Source: a virus
Lineage: Duplodnaviria > Caudoviricetes
Reading direction: 5' to 3' (one strand)
Virus record (IMG/VR): IMGVR_UViG_3300026549_000041
Span: 79,101-143,100 of that record
Length of the DNA: 64,000 nt
A program made the translations under genes and the position numbers. This document shows positions 27,426 to 37,022 of the stretch, piece after piece (position 1 is the stretch's first letter; each line of letters begins with the position of its first letter). The notes beneath the pieces were generated by a model, which saw nothing but the letters and a program-made list of their open reading frames with translations, was not told the origin of the DNA and searched no databases.

Positions 27426-27446
27426 GGGAGAGTACAAGACCCTCCC
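27426..27446 (-). terminator. intrinsic terminator ending the tail/lysis arm
   Basis: GGGAG...CTCCC hairpin followed by a T-run on the - strand. Confidence 0.7.
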
Positions 27447-27463
27447 ATTAAATATAATATTTA

Positions 27464-27736
27464 TTACTCACCAGTAGGCTCTGTTTCTTCTTCGGGTTCT
27501 GGCGTAATAACCACATGTTTATAACACTGGTTTGCAATAGCCCTGCCATCACATGTAAGAAGAGTTGCACTATGCTGTGGCAGTTCAGAAATAGCCGCCG
27601 CCGCAAGTACCTCGTGATATTTTGATTCTGCTTTAAGTCTAGCCTTTGTTGAATCTGTATCATATGCAAAATGAACAATATGACCAAATTCACCATTTGC
27701 ATACTGTTGAATTTCAATAATATAAAATTGATTCAT
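27464..27736 (-). CDS. hypothetical protein (tail-fibre-associated region)
   Basis: AAGGAG RBS; acidic Pro/Glu tail. Confidence 0.65.
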   Translation of the reverse strand: MNQFYIIEIQQYANGEFGHIVHFAYDTDSTKARLKAESKYHEVLAAAAISELPQHSATLLTCDGRAIANQCYKHVVITPEPEEETEPTGE

Positions 27737-27759
27737 AATTTTTCTCCTTTATTTAGTTT

Positions 27760-28107
27760 TCATTCCTCGCTCACCTCTTCGGGTTCGGGTATCGGTTCAG
27801 GTGTCATGTCGGGAAATGCTCCGATGCACTCACGCATGATCTGCCGTCCGTCTGCTCTTTCCAAAGTGACCACCATCATCACACGAGTGGGGTTGGCATT
27901 CGCATAGTTGGTGGATAACTGTGCAAGATATGCGGATTTTGCCATGCTCAAGGCTTTCTCTTCATCTCCGTTCGGATTGCCGTCCGCAGAGGGATATGCC
28001 CGTGAATCGAATGTCTTGGGGAATCCCGAAACGACTGAGAAAAGCCCTTCGGGATGGGATTCTGAGGTTACTACCTGAGAGGCGTTTACGATATAGATTT
28101 GTCTCAT
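27760..28107 (-). CDS. hypothetical protein (GC-richer)
   Basis: AAGGAG RBS before ATG 28107; PEPIPEPEE tail. Confidence 0.65.
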   Translation of the reverse strand: MRQIYIVNASQVVTSESHPEGLFSVVSGFPKTFDSRAYPSADGNPNGDEEKALSMAKSAYLAQLSTNYANANPTRVMMVVTLERADGRQIMRECIGAFPDMTPEPIPEPEEVSEE

Positions 28108-28121
28108 GCAGTGTCTCCTTT

Positions 28122-28487
28122 CTACTGCTGATAAAGGATTGTGTACGTGTCCCCTGCTGATGCAGTCAAAGCATACGTGTACGACCAAACCTTAGATGTA
28201 TCCGATTCATGACTGTATAAGCTGTTCCTGTACCTAGAAAATACGTTATTATTCGGATTCGCCAAATCATATGCTCCATGCACCAACTGATTATTTATAA
28301 ACGTATTCGGGTCTAAATTGTCCTTGACAATTAGTGCAAATGTCACCCCAGTGGGGAGGTTGTTTGCTATAAGCTTAGCAAATCCAGCAGCCCATTCTAT
28401 GGCATTTTGCACTGTCACCCGTTTTTGTTTCCAAACTCCACTCGCCATACTCAGCATCACTCTCCTTCTTACTTCAATCATGTCCAT
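28122..28487 (-). CDS. hypothetical protein downstream of tail fibre
   Basis: MDMIEVRRRVML start overlaps the fibre stop. Confidence 0.6.
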   Translation of the reverse strand: MDMIEVRRRVMLSMASGVWKQKRVTVQNAIEWAAGFAKLIANNLPTGVTFALIVKDNLDPNTFINNQLVHGAYDLANPNNNVFSRYRNSLYSHESDTSKVWSYTYALTASAGDTYTILYQQ

Positions 28488-30076
28488 GACATCACCGCCC
28501 CGTAGATTCCATCAAGGATGTTAATCTCATACGTTGTATCCGCTTCTGCCACAAATGCTCCATCGGGAAATTTGACCGTACTAGGCAGAGTTACTACTGT
28601 CGGAGTTGAGCCACTCGTAAACACCACATCGCAGATGCCTGTCTGACTAGGAGTGAAATCCAGTGTAGCAACTTCTCCGCAGACGTATCTGTAATCTGCC
28701 TGTGCGGCAATGGTAGGAGTCGTGCCTGTCACGTTGACCGTCACCATGCCGTTGTGACCATCCATCACATCAGCCGTCTCCGTTCCGTCCGCATCGGTGA
28801 TAGTGATTCTGTGTCCGCCTGTGATGGGAGTTATGGTGACTGTCGGGGAGATGCCGTCAGCACCAGTGTCACCCTTTGCGCCTTGAATACCTTGCGCTCC
28901 TGTCGCACCAGTATCGCCCTTGTCTCCCTTATCGCCTTTGTCACCCTTAGGACCTCTAATACCACGGGCATCAACATTGGTATTTACGTATTCAGCGTTA
29001 CTTGCGTCCCACGCATACCAATAACCATCAACAACTTTTGGATAGTGAGTAACATTAGTAGCAGATTGATTTTTATATTGTTCTGCTTCGTTTGCAGACT
29101 GAGATGCACTATTCGCAGATTGACTTGCACTATTTGCACTTTGACTGGCAGAACTAGCGCTCTGACTAGCGCTTTGAGTATCTTCTTTAACACTATCAGA
29201 TATATCTTCAATTTCTTCAGCTGTTTCATCAATTTGATTTTTTAAAGCTTGAACATCATTTTTAAAATTTAATGTTTTATCCCTATATCCTTTTGTTTCA
29301 TCTCTATAATCAACAGTATATTGTTTTGCCTGAACAGCTTGATTCTTTACTTCTAAAGCTTCATCTCTATAACCCAATGCTTCATTGGATGCATTAGTAG
29401 CAACTTCAGATTTTTGTTGAGCAATGTTTTTAGATTCAAGAGCACTCTGAGCAGATTGTTCAGCTTGTTGGGAATAATTCAAAGCTTTATTTTCTGATGT
29501 GGCTGCGTTCTGCGCAGATGTTTCAGCTCTTCCAGAAGCATCAATTGTTTCCTGTGCTTTTTGATTAATAGTAGTAGCAGTAGAATCAATATTTTCTTTA
29601 AGAGTAATAACATCTTCTTTAATATTAGAAACAATTATTTTATCAGAATCTGTTTTATTTGCATTTTCAGTTGTTATATCAACAGCATTATTTAACTCTG
29701 CAATTGCTCTATCTATTGTAGATTGCTGTACAGGAAGAGGTTCTTCATCCGTAGGTTTGGCTCTTTTAGTTAATGGTATTCTAACTTCATATATAGTCTC
29801 ACCATCAGTTGTTTTACTATGCAGATATATCCAAGCATAAATCTGTAAAGCCCCATTCCAAAAATATTCATCGGGAATCTCAACTAAATTATCACTACCA
29901 ATTTGAGTTTTAGATTCACCTTTATCTTTATTTGAAAAATGCACTTCAAATGCTTGTGGCAAATTTAAATCTGCAAAGTATAAATATTGCCCACGATTAT
30001 ATTGATATTGTGATTTAGAGGTGACTTGGTGTTTGCCTTTAAAATATATGTAAATTATATTTTGTTTTAAAGCCAT
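28478..30076 (-). CDS. tail fibre/baseplate protein with coiled-coil and collagen-like repeats
   Basis: BppU-like N-terminus (QYNRGQ.L...EVHFSN), SASQSA repeats, Gly-X-Y run GPKGDKGDKGDKGDTGATG. Confidence 0.75.
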   Translation of the reverse strand: MALKQNIIYIYFKGKHQVTSKSQYQYNRGQYLYFADLNLPQAFEVHFSNKDKGESKTQIGSDNLVEIPDEYFWNGALQIYAWIYLHSKTTDGETIYEVRIPLTKRAKPTDEEPLPVQQSTIDRAIAELNNAVDITTENANKTDSDKIIVSNIKEDVITLKENIDSTATTINQKAQETIDASGRAETSAQNAATSENKALNYSQQAEQSAQSALESKNIAQQKSEVATNASNEALGYRDEALEVKNQAVQAKQYTVDYRDETKGYRDKTLNFKNDVQALKNQIDETAEEIEDISDSVKEDTQSASQSASSASQSANSASQSANSASQSANEAEQYKNQSATNVTHYPKVVDGYWYAWDASNAEYVNTNVDARGIRGPKGDKGDKGDKGDTGATGAQGIQGAKGDTGADGISPTVTITPITGGHRITITDADGTETADVMDGHNGMVTVNVTGTTPTIAAQADYRYVCGEVATLDFTPSQTGICDVVFTSGSTPTVVTLPSTVKFPDGAFVAEADTTYEINILDGIYGAVMSWT

Positions 30077-30110
30077 TATATTTCTCCTTCACAATTTATT
30101 TTCTAATTTG

Positions 30111-30142
30111 AAAAAAAGGAGAGTGGTTTGACTCACTCCCCT
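30111..30142 (-). terminator. intrinsic terminator after holin
   Basis: GGGAGTG..CACTCTCC hairpin followed by T7 on the - strand. Confidence 0.65.
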
Positions 30143-30158
30143 CTATATTATTTACAGT

Positions 30159-30452
30159 TTATCCAACAGTAGTCTGTCCGATTTTTCCAATAAGGTCACT
30201 GACATAGTTAGAACCACGGCTCATAACAATACCAGTTAATACCATTCCAATATAATGATTAACTGTCAGTCCAAGAGGAATAAACATATCTGCATTAAAT
30301 GCAAATGCAAGACCAATACCAACAACAATTGTCACTATCTGTGTAATTGCTGTCTTTTTCTCTCCACCATAAAACATTTCAGCAATGTTTTTACCATATT
30401 CCACAAGACCTTCAATCAGAATTGCTACTGCAATAATAATCGCTATATTCAT
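30159..30452 (-). CDS. putative holin
   Basis: Three hydrophobic helices, TGIVMSRGSNYVSDL motif; in the lysis cassette. Confidence 0.7.
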   Translation of the reverse strand: MNIAIIIAVAILIEGLVEYGKNIAEMFYGGEKKTAITQIVTIVVGIGLAFAFNADMFIPLGLTVNHYIGMVLTGIVMSRGSNYVSDLIGKIGQTTVG

Positions 30453-30466
30453 AATTTATTTCCTCC

Positions 30467-30880
30467 TTAATTACTAACCTTAAAATTATTTTTTTCTAAA
30501 CGTTCTTGATAATCGTTCTTAATGTATTTAATTGATGCTTCAGTTTGATGATTCTTGAATTCGGGATGCTCCCTACAATAATTTAAATAATTTGTAATAT
30601 CTTGCATTACTTGCACATAGCTATCATGACTATGTTTCCATCCTTCAAGAATTTCATCCATAAATTTAAGAATACGGACACGACATGAAATTGCACTGCG
30701 CTCACTTAATTCGCCATCAAGCTTATCAATCTTTTCATCAAGTTTTTTAATCATTTCAATTATTTTGTTTGAACTATCTTCTTTATTATCCTTGCGTTGC
30801 AACAGGAATTGTATAAATCCCCACAACGCATTTGAACCTATAACAGCCACAAAAATTGCTATAATTGAATCTCTGTCCAT
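30467..30880 (-). CDS. N-terminally anchored membrane protein (holin/antiholin-like)
   Basis: Single TM segment plus coiled coil; directly downstream of the endolysin. Confidence 0.55.
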   Translation of the reverse strand: MDRDSIIAIFVAVIGSNALWGFIQFLLQRKDNKEDSSNKIIEMIKKLDEKIDKLDGELSERSAISCRVRILKFMDEILEGWKHSHDSYVQVMQDITNYLNYCREHPEFKNHQTEASIKYIKNDYQERLEKNNFKVSN

Positions 30881-30912
30881 CGGTATATCCTCCCTATAAT
30901 TTATAATATATA

Positions 30913-33900
30913 TTATTTACGTTTTACATAGGAAGAATAGACATAGCCATACTTCCCATTGTACTTAATTAAATACCAGTCACCACTCTGACTGCATACG
31001 CCTACCTCTGTTCCTTTTCGAAGAGGACTAAAACTACAAGTATTTGCGGAAGAGTTAGGCTGAGTTCTTACATTTAATGTACCACCATTTGTATTAACAA
31101 CTCCCGTCCATTTAACCGTATGAATATCATCGGTTACTGGGTCTGGATTAGACACTTCACTTATTTTGGTTTTGCTAATATATTGCTTCTGAACATACCC
31201 AAATTTGCCATCGTATTTAATCAGATACCAATCACCTTGTTCATGAGATACACCAACTTCAGTACCTTGTTTTAAGCCACTGAAAGAGCATTCTTTTGCA
31301 GATATATTAGGCTGAAGTCTAACTGCAAGTTTTGTATTTCTGCCGATATTAACATAACCTTTCCATTTAACGCTATGCATATCATCAGACACAACAACTT
31401 TATTTGCATCAGATGTGATAGCAGTAGAAGAGTATGCTGGTCTACAGAATTTTGCATTAACATCTCTAAGGTTGTAAGTCTTCTGACAAACACCACCACC
31501 ATTAGGTACAACCGAAGATGCACCACTTGTATTACCTTCTATTGTAGTAAAAGTATTACCACTAACTGCAATGACTAATCCTGTATGAGCATATGCGCCA
31601 TTCTTCCAGAAGATTACAATATCACCAACTTGAGGAGTTGAATATTTTGTAAATAATCCAGCAAGAGTAGGACAGTAAACATATGGATAATGCTTAAGCA
31701 GTTCTTTTGCTCGTTCTTTACCTAATGCTTTTGTAAATACCCAAGTTATAAAACAACAGCACCACGGCTGACCTTGCCATTCTGGTTTAATCTCAAACCA
31801 ATGTTTGGTAGTATTTTCATCTGATGCCCCTTTTGTTTTATCATAAAGAATCTCTTTATTATTTTTATATTTAAGGGCTTTTTCAAGATATCCAAGATCG
31901 CTCTTCGCAACTTCAATAACCTTTTCAAGTTCAGATTTTTCAATCTTTACTGGCGCACTTGTTTCTATCACTTGATTAACAGAAGTTTTAACAAGATGAA
32001 AAGGCTTATATTGATATGACATATCAACGTTTCCACTAATACCGTTTACAGAACCCTTAGATGTATACTGCCACATCACATAAATGCCAGTATATTTAGT
32101 GGCATCAACACCATATTCAGCAACCCATGTATTTTCGTTTGTATCTGTAGCAAACTGACTCATATCAAGGTTGTTGTAAAGCCATGACCGTGACGCATAA
32201 ATACCAACAGGGATATCCCACTTCAGCAAATCATCACAAATAATCTTGAGCATTCTTGTTCTCTTTTCTTTAGAAAGATTATCAGAACGTCCACTCTTAT
32301 CACGTTGAACAACTTCACTATCTAAATAAACAGGCATTGCAATACCGCTTTTTATTACTTCATTTTTAATAAACAGTGCTTCTTCATGTGCCTCCGCATC
32401 TGTAATACTGCAAGGGAAGAAATAGAATCCATGCTCAATACCATATTTTTCACAAGCAGACCTGTATTCTTTATATTTAGGGTCATATGTAATAGCACCA
32501 GTCTTGCTTCCTCTATAACCAATTCTAATAATTACAGGATATCCAGTAGCTTTAACAGCACTCCAGTTTGTGACATTATTAAATTGAGATATATCAATAA
32601 CTGTTCTCTTTGTAAAAGCGGTTGTATTAGTTATCTTAGTGCCATAGCAATTATCATCGAACTGCCATGTCTCACCATCAATCTTAACTGTAACACTACG
32701 ATATGCGTGACCTTGATTTTTTCCACTAACTGGTTCAAGATAACATTTTCTGCCATTATAATCTAACCAACCAGTCTGCATATATCCATTTGTAGGATTA
32801 AGATAATACCAGTTATTATCATCATAAACCCAACTAGTCTTCATATAACCATCAGTTTTATCAAAGTAGAACCAAGACCAACCTTTACTCCACTTAAGAT
32901 ATTGCCAACCAGTAACCATATATCCATGTTCATCAAAGTAGAACCAGTTTTCGCCTTTACTCCATTTAAGTAATGCCCAACCAACAGCCCATGTACCATC
33001 TTTATATCTATACCGCCAGCCGTTAGAATCAATAACCCATCCTTCTAAATATCCACCATTATATGGGATAGTATAATTCCAAGAAGAACTGCCTTTTGTT
33101 ATTGTTGCCTTACCCATAGCAAATGTCATATTAATATCAGAACCAATGCAATCAATAACTGTAATCCCAGCCTCCTTACAACGCCTTGCACCATAAAGCG
33201 TAAAGTCATTAGTGCCAACGCCATTAGGCTCTAAATCGTTGTACCAACATAAGTTAGCACCATGAGATTTTAAACCATTTGCTTGCGATTGAGGACAATT
33301 GTTCCCATGATGTGGAATTTTAAAAAACTTGACCGTTAAGCCAAGTTTTTTAATAAAATCCCATATTCTTTCTGAACCATCACCACTTGTCCAGTAATAT
33401 AAATCGGGGAAGTATAAACACAAACTTCCGTCATTTACATAAGACCAACCATAAGTATCGTCATCTTCAACTTTACTTGGTTGTTCTCTATAGACATTAA
33501 ACTTAATATCCCCAAGTTCAACCTTATCACCATGAACAAGATATTTTACTTCAATATCTCTGTCCTTTGCTTCAGATATCATCCTATTAAGATAATCAAT
33601 ATCTTCTCTAACAGAATTACTGCCTCGATTATTACTAAGACCCTTTTTTAAAGAATTAGGGTCATAGCAATAAAAACATAAAACAGTAAAATAAGAATCT
33701 TTTATAATTTTTCTAAGACCATCCCCGTGGTCACTATGAGGATGTGTCAGTAATAAATATACTTTTTTAATATTATTTTCTTTTAAATAGGAGATAAGTC
33801 TTAATGCACATTCACCATCACCGCCATCAACAATAAAACAGATATTGTTTTTTGTGTCGATGAAGACTTGACTATCTCCATATCTCGTTTCTTTGCTTGG

Positions 33901-33933
33901 TCGTTTAAAACAAGCAACCCAACTTTTTATCAT
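30913..33933 (-). CDS. multidomain endolysin: MBL-fold hydrolase + cell-wall-binding repeats + GH25 muramidase + CHAP + 2 SH3b
   Basis: THPHSDH/IPHHG (MBL); WYYL/WFYFD..GYM.TGW repeats; DISQFN...YLDSE...WQYTSKG (GH25); PWCCCF...HTGLV...EGN (CHAP); two LNVR..P...GDWYLIKY.GK.GYV domains. Start set at AAGGAGG-ATG 33933. Confidence 0.85.
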   Translation of the reverse strand: MIKSWVACFKRPSKETRYGDSQVFIDTKNNICFIVDGGDGECALRLISYLKENNIKKVYLLLTHPHSDHGDGLRKIIKDSYFTVLCFYCYDPNSLKKGLSNNRGSNSVREDIDYLNRMISEAKDRDIEVKYLVHGDKVELGDIKFNVYREQPSKVEDDDTYGWSYVNDGSLCLYFPDLYYWTSGDGSERIWDFIKKLGLTVKFFKIPHHGNNCPQSQANGLKSHGANLCWYNDLEPNGVGTNDFTLYGARRCKEAGITVIDCIGSDINMTFAMGKATITKGSSSWNYTIPYNGGYLEGWVIDSNGWRYRYKDGTWAVGWALLKWSKGENWFYFDEHGYMVTGWQYLKWSKGWSWFYFDKTDGYMKTSWVYDDNNWYYLNPTNGYMQTGWLDYNGRKCYLEPVSGKNQGHAYRSVTVKIDGETWQFDDNCYGTKITNTTAFTKRTVIDISQFNNVTNWSAVKATGYPVIIRIGYRGSKTGAITYDPKYKEYRSACEKYGIEHGFYFFPCSITDAEAHEEALFIKNEVIKSGIAMPVYLDSEVVQRDKSGRSDNLSKEKRTRMLKIICDDLLKWDIPVGIYASRSWLYNNLDMSQFATDTNENTWVAEYGVDATKYTGIYVMWQYTSKGSVNGISGNVDMSYQYKPFHLVKTSVNQVIETSAPVKIEKSELEKVIEVAKSDLGYLEKALKYKNNKEILYDKTKGASDENTTKHWFEIKPEWQGQPWCCCFITWVFTKALGKERAKELLKHYPYVYCPTLAGLFTKYSTPQVGDIVIFWKNGAYAHTGLVIAVSGNTFTTIEGNTSGASSVVPNGGGVCQKTYNLRDVNAKFCRPAYSSTAITSDANKVVVSDDMHSVKWKGYVNIGRNTKLAVRLQPNISAKECSFSGLKQGTEVGVSHEQGDWYLIKYDGKFGYVQKQYISKTKISEVSNPDPVTDDIHTVKWTGVVNTNGGTLNVRTQPNSSANTCSFSPLRKGTEVGVCSQSGDWYLIKYNGKYGYVYSSYVKRK

Positions 33934-33989
33934 ATATGTCCTCCTTTTTAGACAATAAAAAAAGAACATAATGTTCTTTGAATTCTTAC

Positions 33990-36900
33990 TTATAATGCGC
34001 TTGATTTAATACACAAAACTTTAAAAGTTAATTTAATTCTAAGAGCAGAACCACCAGTATTCCAGTTACCAATATAACAAGTAATATTACTTCCAGATAA
34101 ATTTATATAGCCCATAAGCGCCCATGTATAATGAGCATAAGAGCTAGTCCAATCACTTGCATCTATAATCTGATATGAACTAAAAGCAATCGGAGTATAT
34201 CCAGCAGCACCAACCGCTATAGTTGGTGTAATACCATTATTATAACTTATGGTTAATTTATCTCTAGTTACTGTAACAATTTTAAATAATGGGTTATTAG
34301 TCGAAGAAGCATCTAATAATCTTCCATTTAGTCTAAGATTTCCAACAACCGATGCGATGCCAGTAACAGTTAAATTCTTATCAACATATTGACTATCTCT
34401 AACAACAAGGTCAGTTCCTACAATTACACTGCCGTTATTTAATACTCTAAATTTTGGATTACGATTTTCATCTTCACATAGTAAATAATCAGTGGCATTT
34501 GTGCTTTTTTTATTTATTGTAATATTTGGAATATTGTCAGCAGAACCTTCTACAATTAAACTTTTGCCAACTTCAAGGTCACCCATATTTTCAACATTAC
34601 CATCCCAATCTACATTAAATGCATTTGACCTATCGGTATCATTTGCGCCATTACCAATGGCAAAAGCAAGTGGGAAAAACTCATCATTATTTAAGTTATA
34701 TCTACCAATAGATAATTGATTATCATTATTAGCATACAAACTTTCACCCATTGTTACTGAAAACGGAGCCATTATTGCATTTTTGCCTCTTGTTCCAAAT
34801 GTCATAGCAGGGGCTTTTGTATAAGCAGAACTTTGATAAATTTCGCCATAAGCAACTTTGCTCCACAAACCCAGAAACATTGACTCATTTTCATTGTTGC
34901 CACTTGTTCTGACACATTTACCATGAAATGATGATAACGTAATTGTTATTGCCCCATCATAAGTGACTGTTTCAACAGCGGTTAAATCATACGAATCTCC
35001 AAAAATATTTACAAAAGATGCAGTAATTGTATAGGTAGTGGTTTGGGCTGTTCCATGTGTAAAAGTAAAAGGCGGTAAATCAATGGAATATTTACTTGCG
35101 TTGAAACCATAGGCAAAACCAGAAATTTGAATTGCGCTACTATTAACCGAATTAACTTTTACATTTGTTAAATTTGATTTGCAATATTCAATTGCAAATA
35201 TAGCGGTCATACTTTTATTATAAAATGTCACATCTACAGAAAAACCAGAACCAACAGTATCGAGCGTAATGGAGGTTGAAGACCACACATCGGTCTCACC
35301 AGAAGGCGCTACCTCTGCCTCTGTAACAACAGTTCCTTCTGTTGAATTAACAGAAAATACCGTTGCTCCACTATTATTAATTGATTTTATTCCGTCTTTT
35401 TCAATTACAAATCTTTGTTCATTATTCGCTCCAATAATTGCACCACTTGCGCCAAATGTAGCCAATTCTTTTTTATATATAGGGTCATAGAACCTAGTAT
35501 TATCACCAGTAAAACTGGCAAGAGTTGTTGTACCATTTCTTATATCAACAGAGTCATTGTCAATAAATACGTTTCTACCAGTTGCAGTACTGGGTGTTTG
35601 TTCACCATCTTGCATATCGGCAACCATAATACCAGTATTATCAACCGCCAAATAATTTGTCGCAACCTTTCTAGCATCTATTGCATTAGCATTTGCATCT
35701 GTCAACCCATTATCTAAAACAGCAGTTGTATCAGTTTCTGTGTTATCAGTCCAAACAATATGGCTTTTAGTCCAATAATAACAATCCTCAACATAAGGTG
35801 GAACTGTAGTAGACCACGAACCGCCAATTTGCGTAGTGTTAGATGTGGATAAATAATATTGATTAGTAATAGAAGACACTCCTTTACCAGTATCTCCATG
35901 TACGCCTTTTATATTATTTACATATATCCATTTTGCAGTAGATGCATCTCCACCTAATGTACAACGATAAGTATTATATGTGCTTGTATTAAGATACATA
36001 TCCCCTTCAACAGCAGAAGATATTCCACTTCCAGAAAAAACAGTAGCAGTAGTAGACGTTCCTGTTATAGATGTACCAGAATACCATCTGCCACCATCTT
36101 TACCATCTTCTCCGTCAAGTGCAAGACCATATGTAAATTTTTTAGTAAAAACTTTATTATCAACTGTAATTGGAACATTTAATACACCATTTTTTGCGAC
36201 CATAGATGAAGTAACACTTACCCTAAAAGCGGCATTAACCGTTCCATTGTTTAATAATGATGTAGTCATTCCTGTAGGTTGACCAGTAATCGTACCAATT
36301 GTAGCCGCTATTTGAGTTGTTCCTTTATAAGCAATAACATTACATTCAATTTCACTTGCAATAGCAGAAGTTGTATTACCAGCAAATGTATGATTTTCAT
36401 TTGTCAATATGACAGTATAAGCATCATTACCATCTACACCATCAGTAACGACAGAGATTACTTGTTGGTCGAGTAGAGTATTAGTACCACCAGATGCGTA
36501 TAAAGAACAACGAAGAGCAACAATATCATCAAGTTCTGAAAAATCTAACTCTACTGTTGGTTCATTTAAAGTCGATGTATATTGAATTTCCCAATTTTCA
36601 TTATCTGTTGTTGTTTCAATTCTAAATCTACCATGATAATTACCCATAGTATTTGTACCAGTTTTTGATTTTGCCGTTAAAGTAACATAATAAGGAGAAT
36701 AAATCCCATTTTTATCTTTTACGACTGTAACAGGAGATACAATTAATTGATATACTGTAGAAGCAAACCCTTGCCTATTACCAGCAAATACTGTCGTACC
36801 ATCAGCGGAAACAGATAATACAGTATATCTATAATAACTGTACATAATAATATCCCCAACCTTAACAGATGCATTAGAATCTCCTATTAAATTAGAAACA

Positions 36901-37001
36901 GTAAAAGTATAACTTGGATATTCTGGCGCTACAGTTGTAGTCCAAATTTGTGACCCCTCTTGCACTTCTGTTATTGTATATGTGCCATAGCTGACTGCCA
37001 T
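33990..37001 (-). CDS. tail fibre/receptor-binding-type structural protein
   Basis: DG..G..AYTVILTNE.H.F Ig-like modules, Thr/Ser/Gly-rich; located in the tail module. Confidence 0.7.
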   Translation of the reverse strand: MAVSYGTYTITEVQEGSQIWTTTVAPEYPSYTFTVSNLIGDSNASVKVGDIIMYSYYRYTVLSVSADGTTVFAGNRQGFASTVYQLIVSPVTVVKDKNGIYSPYYVTLTAKSKTGTNTMGNYHGRFRIETTTDNENWEIQYTSTLNEPTVELDFSELDDIVALRCSLYASGGTNTLLDQQVISVVTDGVDGNDAYTVILTNENHTFAGNTTSAIASEIECNVIAYKGTTQIAATIGTITGQPTGMTTSLLNNGTVNAAFRVSVTSSMVAKNGVLNVPITVDNKVFTKKFTYGLALDGEDGKDGGRWYSGTSITGTSTTATVFSGSGISSAVEGDMYLNTSTYNTYRCTLGGDASTAKWIYVNNIKGVHGDTGKGVSSITNQYYLSTSNTTQIGGSWSTTVPPYVEDCYYWTKSHIVWTDNTETDTTAVLDNGLTDANANAIDARKVATNYLAVDNTGIMVADMQDGEQTPSTATGRNVFIDNDSVDIRNGTTTLASFTGDNTRFYDPIYKKELATFGASGAIIGANNEQRFVIEKDGIKSINNSGATVFSVNSTEGTVVTEAEVAPSGETDVWSSTSITLDTVGSGFSVDVTFYNKSMTAIFAIEYCKSNLTNVKVNSVNSSAIQISGFAYGFNASKYSIDLPPFTFTHGTAQTTTYTITASFVNIFGDSYDLTAVETVTYDGAITITLSSFHGKCVRTSGNNENESMFLGLWSKVAYGEIYQSSAYTKAPAMTFGTRGKNAIMAPFSVTMGESLYANNDNQLSIGRYNLNNDEFFPLAFAIGNGANDTDRSNAFNVDWDGNVENMGDLEVGKSLIVEGSADNIPNITINKKSTNATDYLLCEDENRNPKFRVLNNGSVIVGTDLVVRDSQYVDKNLTVTGIASVVGNLRLNGRLLDASSTNNPLFKIVTVTRDKLTISYNNGITPTIAVGAAGYTPIAFSSYQIIDASDWTSSYAHYTWALMGYINLSGSNITCYIGNWNTGGSALRIKLTFKVLCIKSSAL

Positions 37002-37022
37002 ATAAGCACCTCCTTTTATCCT

